Assembly (NCBI GenBank): GCA_934101575.1
Contig: CAKORJ010000001.1
Location: forward strand, 541,972 to 605,971
Origin: an uncultured Bacilli bacterium
GTDB lineage: Bacteria > Bacillota_I > Bacilli_A > RF39 > UBA660
Direction of reading: 5' to 3'
DNA length: 64,000 bases
Each line of letters starts with the position of its first letter. The stretch's first letter is position 1. A model generated the notes under the pieces. It did no database searches. It saw nothing but the letters and a program-made list of their open reading frames with translations, and was not told the DNA's origin. This document shows positions 19,395 to 27,986 of the stretch, in pieces. The position numbers and the translations under genes are program-made.

Positions 19395-21452
19395 ATGGAT
19401 GAAAACAATTCATTTGATGACTTAAAAAGAAAAAAAATTAGTGGTAGGAAACTTGTTTTAAATATTATAACCATCATCACCCTACTTGCTTCTTGTTGTT
19501 TGATTGGTTCTGTGTATATGATAAGTGGTGTTGAAAATACTTTAAGATATATTGGTATGGGTGTTATTTTTGTTATTAATATATTACTTATACTTTTATG
19601 TAGAAAGCTTTTTAATAAGAGAAAAAAATCTAGTGTGATTATTAGTATTATTATTAGTGTTATTATGATTGCTTCTCAGTTATTTATTGGGTACTTTATA
19701 TTTAAGACTTATAGCTCTCTTAATAATATGAATAAGAGTAAGATTACTTATACTACTGTTATTGCTACTAAGAGTGATTCTAAGATTAATACTGTTAGTG
19801 ATTTAAAAAATAAGAAAGTTGGTATTGTAGTTGATAAGACTTCTATTGATGGATATGTTATTGGTCTTGAAGTTATAGATGAACAAGGTTTGGATAAGAA
19901 TAGTAATGTTATTGAATATAATGATTTTTCTAATTTAGTCAAAGATTTATATGCTAAAAAGATTGATGCTATGATTATTGGTAAGAATTATCCTAGTATG
20001 TTTAAGGCTACTAGTAGTTATAAGAATATTGAAAGTGATACTAAGATTATTTATGAAAAGTCTAAGACTTTATCTAAAGATGAAATTGCTAAGCATACTG
20101 GTGAAGAAATGGTTAATTTTAATACTTCGGATAAGATTGATAAACCATTTACTATGCTTGTGATGGGAATTGATTCTACAGCGGAAACTTTAGCTAAGAA
20201 TGCTACTGGTAATGGTGATGCTCTTATGCTTGTTACTTTTAATCCTAAGACTTTAAATGCTACTATATTTAGTATTCCTAGAGATACTTATGTACCTATT
20301 GCTTGTTTTGATAATCAAAAAGAAAATAAAATTACTCATGCAGCTTGGAATGGTGAAAGTTGTATGATTAAGACTATTGAAAATTTTACTGGTATTAATA
20401 TAGATTATTATGTAAAGATTAATTTTAAAGGTGTTATTAAGTTAGTTGAGGCTCTTGATGGTATTGATGTAGATGTTCCTCTTGACTTCTGTGAATCTAA
20501 TTCTAAAAGGTCTACTAAAACTAAAAATTTAGTTTGTCTTAAGAAAGGTAAACATACTTTAAATGGTGAAGAGGCATTAGCTCTTGCAAGACATAGAAAA
20601 ACTCTTTTAACCGGGGATCTTCAAAGGGGTGTTAATCAACAACTTGTTGTTCAAGGTATTTTAAATAAATTAAAGAGTGTTAAGAGTGCTAATCAAATGC
20701 TTACTATTCTTGATACTGTTAGTAAAAGTATGGATACTAATTTTACTACTAAACAAATATTATCTTTCTATGATATTGCTAAACAACTATTTATGACTAG
20801 TACTACTGATAATTTAATAAATATGCAACAACTTTATTTACAGGGTTCTAGTCAAATGATTTATGATGAGGGAATGGGACTTGTTTTATATGATTATATT
20901 CCTAATCAAGAGAGTTTGAAACTTGTTGTTAGTACTATGAAACAGAATTTAGGTCTTGAAGATGTTAAAAATGTTAAGAAAATGAGTTTTAGTATAAAGA
21001 AACCTTTTAAACTTACTACTATTGGTAATGAAGTTAACAGTGCTACTAAGACTTATACCCTACTTCCTAATTTTGTTGGTAATAGTGAAAGTTATGCTAG
21101 AAGTTGGCTTGCTAGTAATGGTCTTTCTGCTAGTGTTAGTACTAAGGAAGTTAGTTCAGGATATTATGATGGTCAAGTTATTTCACAAAGTTATCCTTCT
21201 AATAAAAGAACCGATTTGATATCGGGTTCAGTTGGATTAACTGTTGCTAAAGTTATAAAAACTACTACTCCTAGTACTAGTTCTAGTAATAATAATTCAA
21301 GTTCTAATAGTAATTCTTCTAATAAGAATACTGATAAATCTAGTAGTTCTAATAGTAATAATACAAATAAAGATAACAATAATAAAAGTGATAGTAGCAG
21401 TAGTGGATCAGATAACAAAGATACTACTCTTCCACCAGAAATTATAGATTAA
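19395..21452 (+). CDS. LytR-CpsA-Psr (LCP) family cell-wall polymer transferase with extra N-terminal domain, PASTA-like domain and Ser/Asn-rich tail
   Basis: 685 aa. TM anchor. LCP core (FSIPRDTYVPI, INIDYYVKINFKGVIKLVEALDGIDVDVP, LNGEEALALARHRK). C-terminal low-complexity SSSNNNSSSNSNSSNKN. Confidence 0.8.
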   Translation: MDENNSFDDLKRKKISGRKLVLNIITIITLLASCCLIGSVYMISGVENTLRYIGMGVIFVINILLILLCRKLFNKRKKSSVIISIIISVIMIASQLFIGYFIFKTYSSLNNMNKSKITYTTVIATKSDSKINTVSDLKNKKVGIVVDKTSIDGYVIGLEVIDEQGLDKNSNVIEYNDFSNLVKDLYAKKIDAMIIGKNYPSMFKATSSYKNIESDTKIIYEKSKTLSKDEIAKHTGEEMVNFNTSDKIDKPFTMLVMGIDSTAETLAKNATGNGDALMLVTFNPKTLNATIFSIPRDTYVPIACFDNQKENKITHAAWNGESCMIKTIENFTGINIDYYVKINFKGVIKLVEALDGIDVDVPLDFCESNSKRSTKTKNLVCLKKGKHTLNGEEALALARHRKTLLTGDLQRGVNQQLVVQGILNKLKSVKSANQMLTILDTVSKSMDTNFTTKQILSFYDIAKQLFMTSTTDNLINMQQLYLQGSSQMIYDEGMGLVLYDYIPNQESLKLVVSTMKQNLGLEDVKNVKKMSFSIKKPFKLTTIGNEVNSATKTYTLLPNFVGNSESYARSWLASNGLSASVSTKEVSSGYYDGQVISQSYPSNKRTDLISGSVGLTVAKVIKTTTPSTSSSNNNSSSNSNSSNKNTDKSSSSNSNNTNKDNNNKSDSSSSGSDNKDTTLPPEIID

Positions 21453-21465
21453 AAAATATATTATA

Positions 21466-21492
21466 AAGAGAATAATTGATTCTCTTTTTTAT
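21466..21492 (+). terminator. rho-independent terminator of the LCP gene
   Basis: AAGAGAAT-aattg-ATTCTCTT followed by TTTTTT. Confidence 0.55.
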
Positions 21493-21505
21493 TTAGTTTA
21501 AGGTA

Positions 21506-21532
21506 TAATAAAAAAGTCTTATTTAAGACTTC
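21506..21532 (-). terminator. rho-independent terminator of the DUF4116 protein gene
   Basis: AGTCTTAAATAAGACT hairpin plus U-run on the minus strand, overlapping the stop. Confidence 0.5.
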
Positions 21533-23762
21533 TTACTTTGTGATATATCTTTTGTATTAAGTTTTTTTTTGGTTTTGGATCATTATTATCACTAGTTGCT
21601 TGTGTTTGTGATAATTCTTGTGTTATCTCTTCTTTTAGTTTTTCTGGTATATAATTTATTGCACGTGCATCTTTTTCTAAGGCTGCTAATGCTATTTCTT
21701 TATCTATTATCTCTTCTGGTATGTATTGTATAGTCATTAGCCAAAATTCATGTTTAATTGCTGCTTTAGCTATTTCCTTATCTATTATTTCTTTAGGAAT
21801 GAATTCTAATGCATCTCCATATCTTTGTACTGCTGTTAAAGCTACTTCTTTGTCTATTAGCTCTTTTGGAGCATATTTTATAGCAAATCCCCTATTTTTA
21901 ACTGCAATTAATACTATGTCTTTATTTATTAGATTTTTTGGAACGTATTCTAGTGCTCTTCCATCTTCCTTAAGTGCTGCTATAATTATGTCTTGATCCA
22001 TTAATTTTCTTGGTACATATTTTAATGTAAGTCCATATCTTTCTACTGCTGTTAGAGCTATTTCTTTATCCATTATCTCTTTTGGTACATATTTTATGGC
22101 TTCTGATTCTTTTTTAATTGCTTCTAATGCTAATTGTTTAGTTATTAGTTCTTTTGGTACATATTCTAAGGCGGTACCACGTTGTTTAATTGTTGCAAAT
22201 AATATATCTTTATCTATTAGTTCTTTGGGAATAAATTTTATTGTTTCCATATATGATTCTATTGCTGTTAGAGCTATATCTTTGTTTATTAGTTTTTTTG
22301 GAAAAAATTCTATTGCACCTTTATTTTGATTTAGTGCTTCAAGAGCTATTTCTTTATCTATTAACTCTTCTGGTACATATTCTAATGCTCGGCCACTTTT
22401 CTTTACTGCTATTAAGGCCATTTCTTTATCTATTATTTCTTTTGAAACGCACTTTAAAAACCAGCTTCTTTCTCTTACTAAATTCATTGCTAATTCTTTG
22501 TCTTCTATTGCTCCTTCTGCTAGATAACTAATTCCAGGGCTTCCTATTTTATTGAAGAATAGTATTAATTTTTTATCCTTAAGATTTGGTGTTGTTCTTT
22601 TTAATTTATTCTCTTTCATTTCTGTTAATCTTGGATCTCTTTGCCATCCCATCGGCCATACGGGGTCATCAATTTCATATATAAATTTTATATCTTCTTG
22701 TGTTAATTGTTTATTACTTTCATACTTTGTATATACGTATGTTATCATTTGGGCATCTTTTACTCTTCTTTTATAATGTCCTGCATCTTTAAAGTTTTCT
22801 AACTTTTTAGCAATTACATCTTCAAAATGTGGTTCTATATTTTGATCATTGGCTACTCCTCTTATTTCTGCTATTTTATTTTTGCCTTCCATTCTTATTG
22901 CAAGTCTTGGAATTGTAGCTTTACCTTCTTCGTCATAAGTATAGTATACATAAAAGTCTCCGTCTTTAACTTGCTTTTTACAAGTTTCTTCCCCGGCTGT
23001 ACACCATCCTGTATTTTTACCTTGAAGTGATTTATATAATTCTTGGTAATTATCTCCTTGTTCATACTTTATCCATTTTCCTTTTGTTTCTTCGCCAAAG
23101 TTGTTTTCTCTTTTATCTTTTAACTGAATTGTGTAAAGTTTGAAGAAATTACCATTCTTTACTAATTGTTCTAGTTGTTTGTCATCTATTTCTTCTTTAT
23201 TTATTTCTTTTATTACTAAATCTATTGATTTAGAAAGTACTTCTCTATCAAGTTCTGGGAATGGTGCAATTGTTGTTTTGCTTCTTTTGTTATAAATTCC
23301 TTTATTTGTATCATAATTTCCTATAGTTAACATTCCTTGAAATGCCCAATATTTCGCCCAGGTTGGATAAAACTTAGCATCTTCACTTGTAAAGTAGTCA
23401 ATCCATTCATCTAGAGATTTCCTTTGGTCTTCTATTATTAAGTTTTTTTGTTCTTCTTTTTGGAATTCAGTCATATGAATACCATATTGATCGAACTGTA
23501 CTTTATCTAAATAATTTATGTAACTTTCTGGAATATCTTCTTCTTTTATTACATATTTATCATAATAAAAATCTTTTAAAACATTTATTCCTGTATCTGT
23601 CTTATGATTTATTGCCTTTTCATGTACTCTTTCAAGTCTATCAATATATTTCTTTACTGCCTCATATTTATTATCACTTTTTGTACTTGAATGTTTTACA
23701 CTTTCTTCGTTATATAATTCTTTATATAGTTTTAATAAAAACTTTTCTCCTTCATAGTTCAT
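21519..23762 (-). CDS. hypothetical protein with unknown ~390-aa N-domain and about 12 tandem DUF4116-type repeats
   Basis: 747 aa. C-terminal half is 22-aa units of the form (I/L)DKEIAL.A(V/L)K..G.AL.YVP..L. N-domain contains NTGWCTAGEE and has no recognised fold. No signal peptide. Confidence 0.55.
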   Translation of the reverse strand: MNYEGEKFLLKLYKELYNEESVKHSSTKSDNKYEAVKKYIDRLERVHEKAINHKTDTGINVLKDFYYDKYVIKEEDIPESYINYLDKVQFDQYGIHMTEFQKEEQKNLIIEDQRKSLDEWIDYFTSEDAKFYPTWAKYWAFQGMLTIGNYDTNKGIYNKRSKTTIAPFPELDREVLSKSIDLVIKEINKEEIDDKQLEQLVKNGNFFKLYTIQLKDKRENNFGEETKGKWIKYEQGDNYQELYKSLQGKNTGWCTAGEETCKKQVKDGDFYVYYTYDEEGKATIPRLAIRMEGKNKIAEIRGVANDQNIEPHFEDVIAKKLENFKDAGHYKRRVKDAQMITYVYTKYESNKQLTQEDIKFIYEIDDPVWPMGWQRDPRLTEMKENKLKRTTPNLKDKKLILFFNKIGSPGISYLAEGAIEDKELAMNLVRERSWFLKCVSKEIIDKEMALIAVKKSGRALEYVPEELIDKEIALEALNQNKGAIEFFPKKLINKDIALTAIESYMETIKFIPKELIDKDILFATIKQRGTALEYVPKELITKQLALEAIKKESEAIKYVPKEIMDKEIALTAVERYGLTLKYVPRKLMDQDIIIAALKEDGRALEYVPKNLINKDIVLIAVKNRGFAIKYAPKELIDKEVALTAVQRYGDALEFIPKEIIDKEIAKAAIKHEFWLMTIQYIPEEIIDKEIALAALEKDARAINYIPEKLKEEITQELSQTQATSDNNDPKPKKNLIQKIYHKVRSLK
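21600..22565 (-). repeat. ~66-bp tandem coding repeats (DUF4116 units), divergent copies
   Basis: Periodic atctattat / ttttggtacatat motifs at the DNA level, matching the 22-aa protein periodicity. Confidence 0.6.
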
Positions 23763-23804
23763 ATAACATACCTTCTTTTATTTATCTATATATTAATTTT
23801 ATAA

Positions 23805-23835
23805 TAAAAAAAAGCTTGTAACAAGCTTTTTAAAT
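23805..23835. terminator. bidirectional hairpin terminator
   Basis: A-run-AAGCTTGT-a-ACAAGCTT-T-run. Confidence 0.55.
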
Positions 23836-23852
23836 ACTTTTTATTGTAAATA

Positions 23853-24641
23853 CTATTTTCTTGCTCTTCTACTTCCACTTTCGCTTTGATTACTATTAGC
23901 ATTTACATAATCTATATAGTTTTGATGTTTTTGATAGTGGAATGGGCTTAGGTATATCCTATCTCCTTCGACTATCATTCCATGATCTTGGGCATAAACA
24001 TCGGTTGGTTTTTCTTTTTTTGTTAAATCTAGCTTTTTTATTGTTTTTTGACTTTCTGGACTTCCTTGCCACTTATCATATTTGTTAAAATAATCTAGTT
24101 GTTCTTCTAAACTTTTAGTCTCTACTTCCCATGGTAATTCCATTTCATAATAATTTGGATTTTCACATTCTTGATAGCAACCACAGTAATTTAACAAAAA
24201 TTCATCTTCTGTTACATAGGCCTTATTGTGTGGTACATCTTGCATTTTAAATTTTTGTGCTAATTCTAACAATTTTTGTTGTCCTTCTTTTCCAACACAG
24301 TTTACTCCAAAGTTTATACACCCTTTATGATATGAAAATTTTGTTATTCCTTCGCCTGATAAGTTTTTATATATTTGTTTATTTTCTTCGGAAAGTGATT
24401 TTTCTTCTATTTCTATCCAACATTCTCCCTCATTTAAATGATCACTAACCATGAATGTATAAATATTTTTATTCCATAATTCTTCACATGCTGGTAAACA
24501 TTCCTGAATAATATATCTTGTTGGGTTGTTTTCTACTATTTCTTGTGATTCTCTACTTACTTCATTATAATCATCATTTTCTGGCAAAAATCCTTTTTGT
24601 TCTAGTTCGATTGCCCATTCACTTTTTTTATTTTGTCCCAT
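23853..24641 (-). CDS. hypothetical Cys-rich protein (12 Cys), no recognised domain
   Basis: 262 aa. Long ORF with AT-rich but coding-like composition. CxxC-like pairs (CLPACEE, CGCYQEC). Confidence 0.4.
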   Translation of the reverse strand: MGQNKKSEWAIELEQKGFLPENDDYNEVSRESQEIVENNPTRYIIQECLPACEELWNKNIYTFMVSDHLNEGECWIEIEEKSLSEENKQIYKNLSGEGITKFSYHKGCINFGVNCVGKEGQQKLLELAQKFKMQDVPHNKAYVTEDEFLLNYCGCYQECENPNYYEMELPWEVETKSLEEQLDYFNKYDKWQGSPESQKTIKKLDLTKKEKPTDVYAQDHGMIVEGDRIYLSPFHYQKHQNYIDYVNANSNQSESGSRRARK

Positions 24642-24671
24642 GTTATTTAACCTTTCATTATTTTTATATAA

Positions 24672-26318
24672 TTATATTTCTAAGATAACTGTAATGATCA
24701 TAGGAACTGATCCTGTTTCTTCATTAAAGTAAGCACTTAGTCTTTCTCTTATTTTTACTTTTATTCCTGTGAAGTCTACTTTCTTTCCTTTTATACATTC
24801 TTCTATTACTTCTTTTGATATTGCTTCTGTTTTTTCTACTATGTCTAAATTATCTTTTACATAGATGAAACCTCTTGTTAGTATTTGAGGATCTGCTATT
24901 ATTTTTTTTGTTTTTCTATCTATTGTAGCACTTACTATTACTATACCATTTTTTGATAATAGCTCTCTATCTTTTAATACTAAATTCCCTATATCATCTG
25001 AACTATTTCCATCTATTAATATTTCGTCAGCATTTATGTGTTCTGGTTTATCTACTAGTTTTCCATTTACAAAATTTACAACATCACCGTTTTGTTTTAA
25101 TAAAACTTTATCTTTGTCTAGTCCGGCTTGTTCTGCTACGGCAGCATTCATATATTGATAACGATATTCTCCTTTTATTGGAAAGTAGTATTTTGGATTC
25201 ATTAAATTAATCATTTGCATTAAGTCTTCACTTGATGGATGATGTAATACATGATTTTTAAATGGTAATGTCACTACATCTACATCTAATCTTGATAAAT
25301 CATCCATTATTTTTGCTACTTTCTTTTCATTTCCTGGATAGATTGGTTCTGCTATAAATACTGTATCTCCTTCTTTTAAAGTTATGTATTTGTCATATCT
25401 GCTTATTATTTTTTCTAGGGATGCAAATGATTTTTCTTTATCATCTGCAGTTAGTATTACTACATCTTTATCATTTATATTAGATAAATCTCCGATCATG
25501 TTTTCATCATAATGTAAATAGTTAAACTCTTTTGCATAGTTTACTAATCTTTGAAGTTTTCTTCCCATTAGAACTATTTTTCTTTTTGTTCTTGCTACAC
25601 TATCGAATATTTCTTGAATACGATATACATGTTCTGGGAAGATGCTTATTATTACTCTTTCATCTGTTTGATTTAGTAAATCCCAGACTTCTTTAGAAAT
25701 TCTATGTTTTGGACTTGTATGGCCTTCTCTATATGCATAACTTGATTCGGCAAGTAGACATAACACCCCTTGTTTTCCTACATAGGCTAATTTTCCTATA
25801 TCTGTTTTGTATGCTCCTAACATTGTTGAATCGAATACAAAGTCTGTGGCATATACTATTGCTCCATCATTTGTATATAAAACAAATGCTACTGTTTCTG
25901 GTATTGAATGTGTAACAGTTATTGGAAAAATTGAGAAGTTTGCTATATCTAGTTTTGAATGAGGTCTTATTTCTTTTAAATTTGTTGCTTCTATATTGTA
26001 TTTTTCTAATTCCATTTTTAAGACTGTCATTGTAAACTTTGTTGCATATACTGGAACATCGGGTAATTCTTTCATTATATCTGGCATTGCTCCAATGTTT
26101 CCATCATGGGCATGTGTTAAAAATATACCTTTTATTTTCTTTTTATTTTCTATTAAATAATCAAATTTTGGGATTATATAGTCTACTCCTAACATGTTTG
26201 CTGTTGGATATTTTAATCCCGCATCAAAAACAAATATGTTGTCATCTACATTTACAACATACATGTTCTTACCGTTTTCGTTAAGCCCTCCAAGGGCAAA
26301 AATTTTTATTTTACTCAT
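24672..26318 (-). CDS. ribonuclease J family protein (RNase J2-like paralog) with degenerate catalytic motifs
   Basis: Collinear with RNase J1 (GGLNENGKNMYVVNVDDNIFVFDAGLKYP, beta-CASP, C-terminal domain). HxHxDH motif is THAHDGN and later His residues are replaced (IKGEY for IHGEY). Start ATG at 26318 with AAAGGAGA RBS. An upstream in-frame ATG lies inside the RBS. Confidence 0.7.
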   Translation of the reverse strand: MSKIKIFALGGLNENGKNMYVVNVDDNIFVFDAGLKYPTANMLGVDYIIPKFDYLIENKKKIKGIFLTHAHDGNIGAMPDIMKELPDVPVYATKFTMTVLKMELEKYNIEATNLKEIRPHSKLDIANFSIFPITVTHSIPETVAFVLYTNDGAIVYATDFVFDSTMLGAYKTDIGKLAYVGKQGVLCLLAESSYAYREGHTSPKHRISKEVWDLLNQTDERVIISIFPEHVYRIQEIFDSVARTKRKIVLMGRKLQRLVNYAKEFNYLHYDENMIGDLSNINDKDVVILTADDKEKSFASLEKIISRYDKYITLKEGDTVFIAEPIYPGNEKKVAKIMDDLSRLDVDVVTLPFKNHVLHHPSSEDLMQMINLMNPKYYFPIKGEYRYQYMNAAVAEQAGLDKDKVLLKQNGDVVNFVNGKLVDKPEHINADEILIDGNSSDDIGNLVLKDRELLSKNGIVIVSATIDRKTKKIIADPQILTRGFIYVKDNLDIVEKTEAISKEVIEECIKGKKVDFTGIKVKIRERLSAYFNEETGSVPMIITVILEI

Positions 26319-26385
26319 ATTATCTCCTTTCATAATTTTACTACATAGTAAGCAACATATAGATTATATCATACTTTTATAAAAA

Positions 26386-27084
26386 TTACAAAGGTTTGCT
26401 GTTGCTGTCCCACTCTTCGTGTTTTAATCCATTGAAAAATTTTATTATTTGTTTTTCGCAAAGCTTCATTTGTTTATCTAATTCCTCTTGTGTCATGACT
26501 TTGTATTCGTTTGTTAACTGTTTGTAGAACTCTCCTTTTTTAGCTTTATCTATATCAAGGTTTGCATTTTCTATATATTTTTTTATTAATTCTTTATCAT
26601 ATTTTGCGTCTTCAGTGTTTTTTATATTTTTTACACAGTCTGTGCTTTTAATTTTTTTTACTTTATTGTGTTCAACTAGATATTTATCATATACATAAAA
26701 GTCTCTATGTTTTTCATATCTTATTTTTTCTATTGGCATTAGTACTTGTTCATCATGAAATTTTATTCCTATTAAATGGGTGTTTTCGTCATATATATAA
26801 TAATTTTGAAATACATAACTGTTAAAATATCTATCTGTTAAGAGATGAATTAAATAACCTACCATTACTGGATTTTTTAAATCTTTTTTATATTTTAATA
26901 AGAACTTATATGGATTGGCTGTTCCTTCTATTCCTTCTTCACCATTTTTGAAGTGGCTTGCTCTATGTCTTTTATCTATTGTTAAATCTGGAAGAACACT
27001 TCCTATCATTACCATATCTTCGTCTAATTTTAAATATTTATTTACTTCATTTGCTATTGACATATGCATTTTATGAGTGGGCAT
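26386..27084 (-). CDS. hypothetical metal-dependent hydrolase (zinc phospholipase C / P1 nuclease-like motifs); assignment tentative
   Basis: 232 aa. His-rich N-terminus HKMHMSIANE, LPD, SHFKN, HLLTDRY. AGGAGG RBS. Confidence 0.3.
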   Translation of the reverse strand: MPTHKMHMSIANEVNKYLKLDEDMVMIGSVLPDLTIDKRHRASHFKNGEEGIEGTANPYKFLLKYKKDLKNPVMVGYLIHLLTDRYFNSYVFQNYYIYDENTHLIGIKFHDEQVLMPIEKIRYEKHRDFYVYDKYLVEHNKVKKIKSTDCVKNIKNTEDAKYDKELIKKYIENANLDIDKAKKGEFYKQLTNEYKVMTQEELDKQMKLCEKQIIKFFNGLKHEEWDSNSKPL

Positions 27085-27251
27085 TTTATCTTCCTCCTAA
27101 TTAATTATAGTTTAACAAATTTGTATGAAAAAATCTATATTATTTGTTTTATTTACGTTTTAACGCAATCTAAATGCATTTTTTATATTTTTGTTTACTC
27201 GAAATTTAATTTGCTATATACTTTATTTACTTTACGTATTTGGGAGGATTT

Positions 27252-27959
27252 ATGGTGAATTTTATAATTTATGAAAAACAAGCAGACTTTAGAGAAGAGT
27301 ACGAAATAGCAATTTTAAACTTTTTAGGATGTAGAGAAGAAAAATTTAAGATGTTTGATTATGATAACTTTGTTGGAGATAAACATGATAGAAATATATA
27401 TATAATTAGTTCAGAAGATGATTGTGAACTTTTAAGAATTGCTAGTGATATTAGAAAAGATGACTGGTTTAGTCAAATAATTTTTGTAGGTTCTTTTAAA
27501 AATACAGATGTTAGTTTTTATAAGAATAAACTTTTGATACTTGACTATATTGAAAAAGATGATAAAGTTTCTGATAATCTTAAGAGTGCTTTTTTTACTT
27601 CTTATGGTATTCTTAGTAAAGATAAGACTTTGAGTTTTACTTTAAGTGCTGAAATATATAGAATTCCTTATAATGATATTTTATATATTGAAAAAAGCAA
27701 CAATCAAAATTTTTGTGTTATTCATACTGAGAATAATGAATATAATATAAAAGATACAATTAATAATTTAGAAGAGATACTTGATCCGGCTTTCTTTATG
27801 AAAACTCATAGGAGTTGTATTGTTAATCTTAGTGCTATTAGGTGTTATAACTGTTCTGAAAATACTATTTATTTTGAGGATAAAAGTACTGATATGATCT
27901 CTAGAGAAAAGAGAAATATTTTAAAGTTTAGGTTGATTGATGAAAAGATTTCATATTAA
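27252..27959 (+). CDS. LytTR-family DNA-binding protein with non-canonical N-terminal domain
   Basis: C-terminal HRSCIVNLSAI...IYFED LytTR signature. N-terminal ~130 aa has no recognisable receiver Asp signature. GGGAGG RBS 5 nt upstream of the ATG. ORF track starts 12 nt earlier at TTG. Confidence 0.6.
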   Translation: MVNFIIYEKQADFREEYEIAILNFLGCREEKFKMFDYDNFVGDKHDRNIYIISSEDDCELLRIASDIRKDDWFSQIIFVGSFKNTDVSFYKNKLLILDYIEKDDKVSDNLKSAFFTSYGILSKDKTLSFTLSAEIYRIPYNDILYIEKSNNQNFCVIHTENNEYNIKDTINNLEEILDPAFFMKTHRSCIVNLSAIRCYNCSENTIYFEDKSTDMISREKRNILKFRLIDEKISY

Positions 27960-27986
27960 AAACTTCCTTTGTGGAAGTTTTTTTGT
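27958..27986. terminator. bidirectional terminator between the LytTR gene and xfp
   Basis: AACTTCC-tttgt-GGAAGTT followed by TTTTTTG. Confidence 0.6.

Noticed and set aside
27064-27258. 64-aa ORF in the LytTR upstream region considered as a possible peptide pheromone precursor
   Set aside because: It overlaps the start of the 26386-27084 gene on the opposite strand. It has no RBS and no leader/double-Gly or AgrD-like features. The real LytTR start and RBS lie at its 3' end.
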